Shown one piece after another: positions 31,547 to 39,843 of a DNA stretch of 64,000 bases; positions within the stretch are counted from its first letter, which is position 1; the number at the start of each line of letters is the position of its first letter. The notes beneath the pieces are model-generated. The model did not search any database and had not been told where the DNA came from. It saw nothing but the letters and a program-made list of their open reading frames with translations. The stretch is from the NCBI GenBank assembly GCA_035627515.1, contig DASPLQ010000012.1:1034331-1098330 (forward strand). Direction: 5' to 3'. The position numbers and the translations under genes are program-made. The DNA is from Vitreimonas sp. GTDB taxonomy: Bacteria > Patescibacteriota > Microgenomatia > UBA1400 > PJMF01.

Positions 31547-33553
31547 ATGCCCGAAAATCTAAATTCTGCCCTTCCATCTGATAGTAATGATATTGAGTTG
31601 AGTCAATTTGCTGCTCATGATGAATCTACGGTTATAACTACCGAAAGTAGTACTACAACCGAGACACCCAAAAAGAGACGTCGCTTTTTACCCAAGTTAT
31701 GGCACAAAATTGTTTTTGCCTTGTTACTACTGTTTGTAGTGACTGGTGCCGTCGGGGCTGCGGTGGGTTTTTATACCTATAACGTGGTTCTCGAACTTAA
31801 GTCACAGGCTTTAGTGATGAAAGATCAAGGTCGTGTGGCCTATGATACGTTTAAAGCTCAAAATTTGCCTGGTACCGAAGCCGAACTTAAAAAAGTGGAA
31901 GAGCAGATGGCTGGCATTCGCACTACTTATAACAAGTTGTCTTTTTATCAATATATTCCCATTGCTCGCAATTATTATCATGATGGTTTGCATAGTTTAA
32001 ATGCTGGGGATGCGGGCTTACGCGCTGGTCTGAAATCTATTCAGGCGATCACGCCTTATGCCGACGTGTTAGGTTTTACGGGCGAAGGTACTTTTACGGG
32101 CGGCACAGCTGAAGATCGCTTAAAACTTTTGCTCGAAACACTCGAGAAAATTACGCCAGTTTTTGATGACATTACCAATGAGTTTAAAACGGTGGAAAGT
32201 GAGTTTGCTCAGGTTAATCCTAATCGCTACCCAGAAAACTTCCGCAATATTCCTGTTCGCTCATATGTCCAACAAGGTCAAGATGCTAGTAAAGGCGTAG
32301 TCACCGCTTTAACAGAATTCAGGCCAGTGATCCAAGAATTACCCAATATTGCTGGTGGTCAAAAGCGCATGAAATACTTGATTCTTTTCCAAAATGATAA
32401 CGAAAAACGGCCAACTGGTGGCTTCTTGACTGCCTATTCCATCATTTTTGTAGAAGATGGGAAAGTGACTCCTGAAAAATCAGACGACATCTATGAGTTA
32501 GATCAAAAGTACACCAAGAAACCACCTATCCCTGAAGTCTTAGGGCAATATCTCACTACCGAGAAAAAATGGAACTTGCGTGACATGAATACCTCACCTG
32601 ACTTCAAAGTCTCGATGGACCAATTCTTAGAAGGTTACAAAACTATCAAGAGTGAACCTCAAGATATTGACGGTATCATCAGTGTAAACACGCATGTGTT
32701 GACAGAATTAGTTCGAGTCCTTGGTCCAATTGATGTACCTGGATATGGTACCTTCACCGCTGAAAATGACAAGCGTTGTGATTGTCCTCAAATTATTTAT
32801 GTTCTGTCGGAAATCATTACTAAACCGACGCCATTCTTGCGCCCAGACCGCAAAGGTATTATCGGGCCGTTGATGCGCGCTATCTTAACTAAGGCCTACA
32901 CGGCGCCTAAACAACAATGGCCTCAATTATTCACAGCTGGCTTAAAAAGCTTAGAAACTCGGGATACCCAGCTGTATTTCTTTGATGAAAAAGCTCAAGC
33001 TGCTGCCGAAGCTATTAATGCTGCCGGGTTGATGAAGCCAGTTGAGAACCAAGATTTCTTGGCAATTATCGATGCTAACCTGGGGGGTAATAAGTCAGAC
33101 TTATTTACTAATTATGAAGTTGTCCAAACCGTCTCTGCTCCCGAAAATGGTGAGTTAACTCGCACCGTGGAAGTGACTTACCGCAACAGTCGCAAAGCTG
33201 ATAACTGTAATTTAGAAGCCGGACAATTGTGTCTGAATGCCACGCTTAATGATTGGCACCGGTTGTACCTGCCTAAAGGTGCAGAGTTAGTTGATGCACA
33301 AGGTTTTATTACTAAACCTAAGCAGTACGACGAAAATGGCTTTACCGTCATTGATGGCTTCTTCAAGCTGGAGCCAAATAGTCAAGCTAAGGTGAAAATT
33401 ACCTATACCGTGCCCTACGCTGACGGGGAGACGTACCGGTTAAGCATGTGGAAACAAGGCGGTGTGGATCCGATCAAGATGATTATGGATGTGAATGGTG
33501 GTCAGGAAGAGATTACGATGGATAAAGATATGGTGTATGAGGCGAAGTTCTAG
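31547..33553 (+). CDS. Membrane-anchored extracytoplasmic protein, DUF4012-like
   Basis: N-terminal TM. KYLILFQNDNEKRPTGGFLTAYSIIF resembles the DUF4012 core. Assigned from memory. Confidence 0.4.
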   Translation: MPENLNSALPSDSNDIELSQFAAHDESTVITTESSTTTETPKKRRRFLPKLWHKIVFALLLLFVVTGAVGAAVGFYTYNVVLELKSQALVMKDQGRVAYDTFKAQNLPGTEAELKKVEEQMAGIRTTYNKLSFYQYIPIARNYYHDGLHSLNAGDAGLRAGLKSIQAITPYADVLGFTGEGTFTGGTAEDRLKLLLETLEKITPVFDDITNEFKTVESEFAQVNPNRYPENFRNIPVRSYVQQGQDASKGVVTALTEFRPVIQELPNIAGGQKRMKYLILFQNDNEKRPTGGFLTAYSIIFVEDGKVTPEKSDDIYELDQKYTKKPPIPEVLGQYLTTEKKWNLRDMNTSPDFKVSMDQFLEGYKTIKSEPQDIDGIISVNTHVLTELVRVLGPIDVPGYGTFTAENDKRCDCPQIIYVLSEIITKPTPFLRPDRKGIIGPLMRAILTKAYTAPKQQWPQLFTAGLKSLETRDTQLYFFDEKAQAAAEAINAAGLMKPVENQDFLAIIDANLGGNKSDLFTNYEVVQTVSAPENGELTRTVEVTYRNSRKADNCNLEAGQLCLNATLNDWHRLYLPKGAELVDAQGFITKPKQYDENGFTVIDGFFKLEPNSQAKVKITYTVPYADGETYRLSMWKQGGVDPIKMIMDVNGGQEEITMDKDMVYEAKF

Positions 33554-34079
33554 TACTGAAGCAATTGTTTTAAAACGAACTAATGTCGGTGAAGCAGATC
33601 GTGTGGTGACATTATTCACCCAAGATCAAGGTAAACTTACTGCTGTCGCCAAAGGCGCTCGCAAGCTGTCATCCAGTAAGCGGGCGTTTTTAGAACCTGG
33701 CAACCACATCAAATGTTTGCTGATTAGCACTTCCTCCATGCCCTTGTTAACTCAAGCGACTCTTGTAGATGACTGCCAAGCAGCTCATCAAAGCTTACCC
33801 AAGATGAGACAGCTGGTGCAGGTACTGGAGATCATTGATACGGTCTTTGTAGAAGAACAAATAGATGAAGATACCTTTGAAGCCGTGATCGAGTTGCGCA
33901 ACTTGGTAGTCAAAGGGACCACCCCCGCGCGGATCATTCGCCAAAAACTAGAAGAAATGTTGATGAACCTGGGTTATCAAAACCCCAAAGACTCCAAATA
34001 CCCGACCATTTTAGAATATGTTTCCGCTATTGCGGACAAGCCTATGAAGAGTTGGGATTATTTGAAGGTGAAGGAGTAG
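33537..34079 (+). CDS. recO: DNA repair protein RecO (short form)
   Basis: EAIVLKRTNVGEADRVVTLFTQDQGKLTAVAKGARK is an OB-fold RecO N-terminus. Only about 180 aa. Confidence 0.65.
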   Translation: MRRSSSTEAIVLKRTNVGEADRVVTLFTQDQGKLTAVAKGARKLSSSKRAFLEPGNHIKCLLISTSSMPLLTQATLVDDCQAAHQSLPKMRQLVQVLEIIDTVFVEEQIDEDTFEAVIELRNLVVKGTTPARIIRQKLEEMLMNLGYQNPKDSKYPTILEYVSAIADKPMKSWDYLKVKE

Positions 34080-34090
34080 AATACTACTCT

Positions 34091-35323
34091 ATGTCTGATG
34101 AAAAATTAGGTTTTAGTCCGGGTAGTGATGAGATCAGAAAGGCACCAGTCATACAAGAAGCTGAGAAGGCATTCCAGTATGTTCAGCGCCTCAATTTTTT
34201 AAATCCACCCGTAGAGTTACAGCTTCTGCCACTAGTTCGATTAGTTAAAGCGACTGAAGAGTTCTCTGATAAAGGCTTGCCACTGTTGTTAATGAGTGAA
34301 CCTGAAGAACAGGAAATCAGAAAATTAATTAAGACTATTAAAGATCAACAAAAACTTTATTTACCCGATTTTTGGCAAGAACGCTTAGCCTTTATTGATG
34401 ATTTTATTACCAAGTATCACACCAGTGATGAGGTGATCAATACTTCTTTAACCGATATACAGAAGTTTGGAAAGAACCTTCAAGCATTAGTTCGCTTGTT
34501 AATAGATTTTAATGACGAGCTGCTTGCAGAACGTAGTAGCGAACAGCAGCTGTTATTGCCCGATGGTGTAGATAGCGCAATACAGAAAATAAACCAAGAC
34601 CCGTTATTATCCACCTTTTCTAAACACATCATGATTAAGAATGATTTATGGACTGAGGCAAAAAATCCCACCTGGATAGCTAGTCAAGCTTACCCCCAAA
34701 CCACTACTGGTCAACCTGAGATTTTCTTATCATATCGATGGGACAGAGATAAAGAGTATATTGCCTCTCCGGCGTTCACATATCGAATGGAGCGATTAAA
34801 AAAACTATTGGGTGTAGAAAGATTATCAGCCAGACAAATTGCCTTGACAATTTTTTTTCATGAACTAGGCCACGTGATCCACGGATGGTTCATTAAATCA
34901 CAAGAGATAAAAGCTAAGACACAAGGTTTGCCGGGGATGGAGATACGCCATAGTATTTGGGAAACGGTAGAAGCACAAAATATAGATGTATTAATGAAAC
35001 TATTCAGTGACCCAACCCCTGAAAACAATGCTGTTATTGAAGGTTTTTTAGGCAAGAATCTTGAAATTATTACTGAAAATGAGCATCTTGTTATTAGAGT
35101 TAAGGAATTGAGAAATTTGCAAAAAACCCCACAATTTTATAGTGATGAGCAAATTGAAAAAATGCCCAGAGAGCAACTGATTCGCCTGGCTGCTGTTTAT
35201 AAAATGCAACCTGGTATGACTGATGAAAAAAGAAGAGAATTTTTTGAATGGAAATACCAGTTACCAACAGAAAATTTTGCTGACCATTTTGCTGTAGCCA
35301 TGATAAAAAGATTTGGTTTTTAA
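34091..35323 (+). CDS. Hypothetical protein with HExxH zinc-metallopeptidase-like motif
   Basis: FFHELGHVIHGW. The start was trimmed to MSDEKLGF. Confidence 0.5.
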   Translation: MSDEKLGFSPGSDEIRKAPVIQEAEKAFQYVQRLNFLNPPVELQLLPLVRLVKATEEFSDKGLPLLLMSEPEEQEIRKLIKTIKDQQKLYLPDFWQERLAFIDDFITKYHTSDEVINTSLTDIQKFGKNLQALVRLLIDFNDELLAERSSEQQLLLPDGVDSAIQKINQDPLLSTFSKHIMIKNDLWTEAKNPTWIASQAYPQTTTGQPEIFLSYRWDRDKEYIASPAFTYRMERLKKLLGVERLSARQIALTIFFHELGHVIHGWFIKSQEIKAKTQGLPGMEIRHSIWETVEAQNIDVLMKLFSDPTPENNAVIEGFLGKNLEIITENEHLVIRVKELRNLQKTPQFYSDEQIEKMPREQLIRLAAVYKMQPGMTDEKRREFFEWKYQLPTENFADHFAVAMIKRFGF

Positions 35324-35330
35324 CGAGTTG

Positions 35331-35339
35331 TGCTACAAT
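35331..35339 (+). promoter_or_regulatory. Putative extended -10 element (TGnTACAAT) for the glyQS leader
   Basis: TGCTACAAT lies about 200 nt upstream of the glyQS ATG. No good -35 element. Confidence 0.3.
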
Positions 35340-35344
35340 ACTCT

Positions 35345-35506
35345 TAGCACTGATCCGCTCGGCAAGCGGGGAGCAACCGGACAAACCAGGTAAGAGTTTG
35401 TTTTAAAAGCGGATGAAATAAATGGATATCATGTTTCATCAAGTAGGGTGGAACCACCAAGCTAAGCTTGGTCCCTACAACTATTAAAGTAGTTGTGGGG
35501 TTTCTC
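35345..35506 (+). promoter_or_regulatory. T-box riboswitch-like leader (putative Gly specifier GGC)
   Basis: Contains GTAGGGTGGAACCACC, resembling the T-box consensus AGGGUGGNACC. An antiterminator helix (GTAGGG/CCCTAC) is mutually exclusive with a downstream terminator. A GGC-A specifier candidate lies in CTCGGCAAG. Confidence 0.5.
35473..35506 (+). terminator. Leader intrinsic terminator (T-box OFF state)
   Basis: CCCTACAACTA-ttaaag-TAGTTGTGGGG followed by TTTCTC. Confidence 0.5.
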
Positions 35507-35531
35507 AAAAACCTCACTGAGAAAGGCAGGC

Positions 35532-36932
35532 ATGTCAGACCACCCGACATCTCCTTCATTAGACGACATTGTTTCCCTAGCCAAGCGCCGCGGCTTTGTG
35601 TTTCCGACTTCAGAAATTTATGGCGGCTTAGCTAATTCCTATGATTACGGTCCGTTAGGAGTAGAGTTATTGCGCAACGTACGTAACTTGTGGTGGAAAG
35701 AGTTTATTCACAAACGACCTGATATGGTTGGTTTAGACACGCAGATTTTGCAGCACCCCGAGACTTGGGTGGCCTCCGGTCACGTGGCCTCATTTAGTGA
35801 TCCACTGGTGGAAGATAAAAAATCACATAAGCGTTATCGAGCTGATCATTTAATTGAAGCTTGGGCTGCTAAACATCCAGATGTTGCTGTCCAAGTCGAA
35901 GACATGAAAATTGAGGAGATGGCTGCTTTCATCCGTGAGCACAAGATTTTAAGTCCCGATGGTAATGAAGTGAGTGAGCCAAAGAGTTTTAATTTGTTGT
36001 TTGAAACTGCAATTGGAACGGTGGCTGGCGAGAAAGCTAAGGTGTATCTGCGAGGTGAAACAGCTCAAGGTATCTTTGCTAACTTCAAACAAATTTTAGA
36101 CTCTACCCGTGTGCAACTACCATTTGGGGTGGGCAATATTGGTAAGAGTTTTCGTAATGAAATTACCACGGGTCAGTTTGTGTTCCGGACTTTGGAGTTT
36201 GAACAAGCTGAGATTGAGTATTTCTTCAATCCTAACCAAACCGAGTGGCAGATGCTGATGGAAGACTGGAAACAAGCCATGTGGAAGTTTGTCTCTCAAA
36301 CATTGGGAATTAAAGAAGAAAACTTACGCTGGCGCCAGCACACCGATAAAGAGCGTAGTCACTACAGCAAAGATACCTATGATTTAGATTATAAATTTAC
36401 GTTTGGATGGAAAGAGCTCTGGGGTGTAGCGTATCGAACTGATTATGATTTGCGTCAGCACCAGGAACATTCTGGTCACAGTCTTGAGTATACTGATCCT
36501 CATACCAACGAAAAGTTTATTCCGCACGTTATCGAGCCGGCAGTAGGTGTAAATCGTTTGTTCCTGATGATTTTAACCGATGCTTACTGGCGTGATGAGG
36601 AGCGCAATCGGACCGTGTTGAAACTGCCTTTCAACTTGGCACCTTATAAAGTGGCAGTGTTCCCTCTAGTTAAAAATAAGCCGGAGTTAGTAGAGAAAGC
36701 CAAAGAAATTTTTGGTATGGTAGCCGATACCTATCTGGCAGCTTGGGATGATCGGGGTAATATTGGTAAACGTTACCTTTACCAAGACGAAATTGGTACC
36801 CCAGCCTGTGTGACAGTCGATTATCAAACACTCGAGGATGGGACTGTGACGGTTCGTGATCGTGATACGGCCGAGCAAGTTCGAGTGCCAGTTGCCGAAC
36901 TTGAGGCACACTTGGCAAGTATGATAAAGTAA
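35532..36932 (+). CDS. glyQS: Glycine--tRNA ligase (alpha2 type)
   Basis: FVFPTSEIYGGLANSYDYGPLG class II motifs. RBS GAAAGG lies upstream. Confidence 0.9.
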   Translation: MSDHPTSPSLDDIVSLAKRRGFVFPTSEIYGGLANSYDYGPLGVELLRNVRNLWWKEFIHKRPDMVGLDTQILQHPETWVASGHVASFSDPLVEDKKSHKRYRADHLIEAWAAKHPDVAVQVEDMKIEEMAAFIREHKILSPDGNEVSEPKSFNLLFETAIGTVAGEKAKVYLRGETAQGIFANFKQILDSTRVQLPFGVGNIGKSFRNEITTGQFVFRTLEFEQAEIEYFFNPNQTEWQMLMEDWKQAMWKFVSQTLGIKEENLRWRQHTDKERSHYSKDTYDLDYKFTFGWKELWGVAYRTDYDLRQHQEHSGHSLEYTDPHTNEKFIPHVIEPAVGVNRLFLMILTDAYWRDEERNRTVLKLPFNLAPYKVAVFPLVKNKPELVEKAKEIFGMVADTYLAAWDDRGNIGKRYLYQDEIGTPACVTVDYQTLEDGTVTVRDRDTAEQVRVPVAELEAHLASMIK

Positions 36933-36950
36933 GTGTAGTAAGGAATAACT

Positions 36951-37760
36951 ATGAACAAAAAATATCTGCCTTATATTATTGGAGCCGTCGTATTGTTATT
37001 GGTTCTCGCTGGCGGCGCGTTTGCTTACACCAAGATGACAGCAAAACCTGACCAAACTGCTGGTGACAACCAGCCTAAAAAGAAGCGCAGTGTCGATCCG
37101 GTCAACGTCATCGCCGTAGCTGATCGCCCGTATATTCAAATTGCTCCGGTGGCTGATGGTCGTCACTTAAATTTGGTAGTCAAACACTTAAACAAACCAG
37201 CCACTGAAGTGGAGTACGAACTGGAATACCAAACAGGATCATTACTCCAAGGTGCTTTTGACGTCTTGAAATTGGACTCAATCCCTGCGGTTAAAGAAAT
37301 CCTCTTAGGCAGTTGTAGTGCTGGTGGTGCTTGTACCTACCACTCGGATATCAAAGGTGGGACACTTTTAACACGCTTTCAAGGTCCTGAAAACTACGCT
37401 CTCAAATCCGACTGGGTTTATCTCGATAACAGAGCTAAAGAAGGTGAAGTCAGCTCCAAAGATGGTAAATTCACCTTGACTTCAGCTGACTTGAAAAACA
37501 TGCGCTATGTGATCGTGTTCAACACGGCTGGTTACCCTGCAGGCCTGCAAGGTACGCCAGTTTCTGATCCGATTTCGCTGGCTGTCTCTTCAAACCTGAA
37601 AGGAACTGGTGAAGTCACTATCGAAGCTAATGAAGCTGGTGAGCACACTATCATGGGGTGGGATGGCAGCAAATGGACAGAGATGGATACGACTGTTGAG
37701 GGTACTAAAGCAACTGCTAAAGGTAACTTGATGGAACTGTATATTGCGGTGAAGAAGTAA
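36951..37760 (+). CDS. Secreted/membrane-anchored hypothetical protein
   Basis: N-terminal signal-anchor YIIGAVVLLLVLAGGAFA. RBS AAGGAA. Confidence 0.6.
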   Translation: MNKKYLPYIIGAVVLLLVLAGGAFAYTKMTAKPDQTAGDNQPKKKRSVDPVNVIAVADRPYIQIAPVADGRHLNLVVKHLNKPATEVEYELEYQTGSLLQGAFDVLKLDSIPAVKEILLGSCSAGGACTYHSDIKGGTLLTRFQGPENYALKSDWVYLDNRAKEGEVSSKDGKFTLTSADLKNMRYVIVFNTAGYPAGLQGTPVSDPISLAVSSNLKGTGEVTIEANEAGEHTIMGWDGSKWTEMDTTVEGTKATAKGNLMELYIAVKK

Positions 37761-37792
37761 GAGTTAGATTGTAAGTACTTTTCAAATTGTCG

Positions 37793-37825
37793 AAGGCCTC
37801 CTGATAGCAGAGGGAGGCCTTTTTG
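37793..37825 (+). terminator. Rho-independent terminator
   Basis: AAGGCCTCC-tgatagcag-GGAGGCCTT followed by TTTT. Confidence 0.75.
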
Positions 37826-37839
37826 ATACAATACCCGCA

Positions 37840-38709
37840 ATGATTCTCAATCCAGAGTTAGCGGAAAGATATCCTCAACCAGTTCTCCCTCAGGATGGAA
37901 AAGTAGAGTGGGGAAATATTTTTTCGCATTACACCACTTCAGCTTCTATTTTGCAAATTTTATCTTTAGGCATTCTGTCTAAGAAGTTAGCCTCTAGAGC
38001 TTATCTACCTTATTTTCATTTTAATATTCCTAAAGTGCAGGAAGCAGAGGGATATGAATGGATTAGTGTTTCTCATATTAATGAGAATGGCGAAGGCATT
38101 CAAGAAAAAATGAAAGCATCTTCTTTAATGGTATTAACCCGAAAGTTGATCAGAAAATCGCGACCGGCACAATCAGAGGAAGCTTTTTCCGATGAATGGT
38201 TAGTAAAAAACAGAATTGCGCCTCGTGATTTAGTAGCCGTATGGTTAAGCGAGGCATATTATCATCGAAAAATTGGACAAATAGTAATGGCTAATATGCA
38301 GAAGGAACAAGTCCTACCTTGGATAGATTTTGTTATTAAAAACGATTCAAGATGGCAAAAGCGAATTGAGAAACTAAGAAAACACTATTTAGATAAACTT
38401 AACAGATCAATAATGTTCCAAGGTGAAGCCCAATCAGTAATCGATGCTGAGCTAAATGAAATTATTTTTATACAGTTTGTTAGACATTGGCTCTCAGCCT
38501 ACTTAAATTTTGATGCCACTGAGGTGCGGGTAAGTGATGTGGTGGCTAAATTACTTCCCCAGTTGAGTATTCCCATCTATATCATCATTAAAAATGAAAC
38601 TGAAGAGCATCAGCCAGTTTTACTTGGTGAATATCAAAAGCTAAACAGAGAAATTATTAATGATGATTTCTGGGATGAATATCAGCCTTTTAGTTACTGG
38701 GTTGAGTAG
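37840..38709 (+). CDS. Hypothetical protein
   Basis: 289-aa ORF with no recognisable motifs. Confidence 0.55.
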   Translation: MILNPELAERYPQPVLPQDGKVEWGNIFSHYTTSASILQILSLGILSKKLASRAYLPYFHFNIPKVQEAEGYEWISVSHINENGEGIQEKMKASSLMVLTRKLIRKSRPAQSEEAFSDEWLVKNRIAPRDLVAVWLSEAYYHRKIGQIVMANMQKEQVLPWIDFVIKNDSRWQKRIEKLRKHYLDKLNRSIMFQGEAQSVIDAELNEIIFIQFVRHWLSAYLNFDATEVRVSDVVAKLLPQLSIPIYIIIKNETEEHQPVLLGEYQKLNREIINDDFWDEYQPFSYWVE

Positions 38710-38931
38710 CATTGAAATTACACGCTAACTGTTGGTAGTACGTTTCACTTTCCAAAAAATACCCGACTGGCATAGAATGCACGTTTTGACTGTAATGGTG
38801 TGTTTCTAGGGGAACTTCTGCAGTAAGGGTTACGGTGGGAGGATAGCTGAAATGCCTTTAAGAAGATTTCTCAAGTGGCGTGAAAAAAGTGTCTTATCTT
38901 TTTTGTTTGACAGTGTTGTTCAAGAAGTGAA

Positions 38932-38949
38932 TTTTCTGAAGGTTGTGCG
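38932..38949 (+). repeat. 18-bp direct repeat copy 1 (TTTTCTGAAGGTTGTGCG)
   Basis: An identical 18-mer recurs at 39193..39210. Confidence 0.7.
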
Positions 38950-39192
38950 GTTTTTGTTAATAATCGCACAATGAACGTGAGAGCTTGTTTTCACGAGGTC
39001 TTCCCTTTAAGAAGGAAAATCCTGGCAGATCGAATAGGTGCTGTTATTTTTACTTCTCATCTCTCCTTCAGCACCCTTCCTCCAGAACCTCTTTTTTACT
39101 ATGACATAACTAGTGCACAATCGTGGCACAAATATGCCATTGTTTCAAAGTGGCTTGCACAAGAGAAGTGGTTACCACCCTTTATGAAGGGT

Positions 39193-39210
39193 TTTCTGAA
39201 GGTTGTGCGT
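39193..39210 (+). repeat. 18-bp direct repeat copy 2 (TTTTCTGAAGGTTGTGCG)
   Basis: Identical to 38932..38949. Confidence 0.7.
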
Positions 39211-39388
39211 CAGTTGTATGATTTTTGCCAATATTCATACAAGCCAAAAAAAGAGACTTAATTAAGAGAACTCTTTCCCCCAGCTCTTTGAACTGAAAAG
39301 CCCTCACGATTACACATTTTCACCCCGCTTCGGTGTTTTTCTGTGTTTACATCTCTACCAGATGTATTATCATAGTATTTAACAAACT

Positions 39389-39402
39389 GTGGTATAAAGT
39401 GG
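39389..39402 (+). promoter_or_regulatory. Candidate MraZ-box direct repeats (GTGGTA n4 GTGGTA, 10-bp register)
   Basis: TGTGGTATAAAGTGGTAAAT lies immediately upstream of mraZ. MraZ is known to bind GTGG-type repeats spaced at 10 bp. Confidence 0.35.
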
Positions 39403-39420
39403 TAAATTATCTTATAACAA

Positions 39421-39843
39421 ATGTTTATTGGAAAATATTACCACTCACTCGAAAGCAAAGGTAGAGTCTCTCTTCCCAAAAACTTTCGAAAAAATACTAC
39501 AGACTGGATAGTAACCCGAGGTTTGGATGGAGGATTATTTCTCTTTCCAGCTTCAGATTTTATCCAAAAAATAGCGGAGCTCGAAGAGCGCACCTTCACA
39601 AAAAAAACTCATCGTGATTTTATTCGGTTAATGACCAATGAAGCCGCTGCTATTTCAGCTGATGCCCAAGGTCGAGTACAACTGCCCGAGTACTTGATTG
39701 AATTTGCTCAGTTACGCAAAGAGTTAGTTGTCGTTGGTAGTCTCAAATACATTGAAATTTGGGACCGTGACTCATATCACACATATACACAAGGAATAGA
39801 AGCTCGAGCTGAAGAAATTGCGGAGTCATTACAAGATGCATAA
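39421..39843 (+). CDS. mraZ: Transcriptional regulator MraZ
   Basis: MFIGKYYHSLESKGRVSLPKNFR with duplicated DXXXR-type halves. Confidence 0.9.
   Translation: MFIGKYYHSLESKGRVSLPKNFRKNTTDWIVTRGLDGGLFLFPASDFIQKIAELEERTFTKKTHRDFIRLMTNEAAAISADAQGRVQLPEYLIEFAQLRKELVVVGSLKYIEIWDRDSYHTYTQGIEARAEEIAESLQDA

Noticed and set aside
35100-35559. Minus-strand ORFs 35100..35384 and 35344..35559 across the glyQS leader
   Set aside because: They overlap the HExxH gene's 3' end and the T-box-like leader. The region is better explained as a structured regulatory RNA.
39028-39078. GGTGCTG...CAGCACC inverted repeat reminiscent of the SRP RNA helix
   Set aside because: The conserved SRP RNA GGAAGCAGC and GNRA apical motifs are absent. 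It is likely a fortuitous hairpin.
38971-39261. 96-aa ORF in the long region upstream of mraZ
   Set aside because: No RBS, odd composition, and it contains one copy of the 18-bp repeat. It is more likely a chance ORF in non-coding or decayed sequence. It is kept only as a possibility inside the finding on the 711-bp region.
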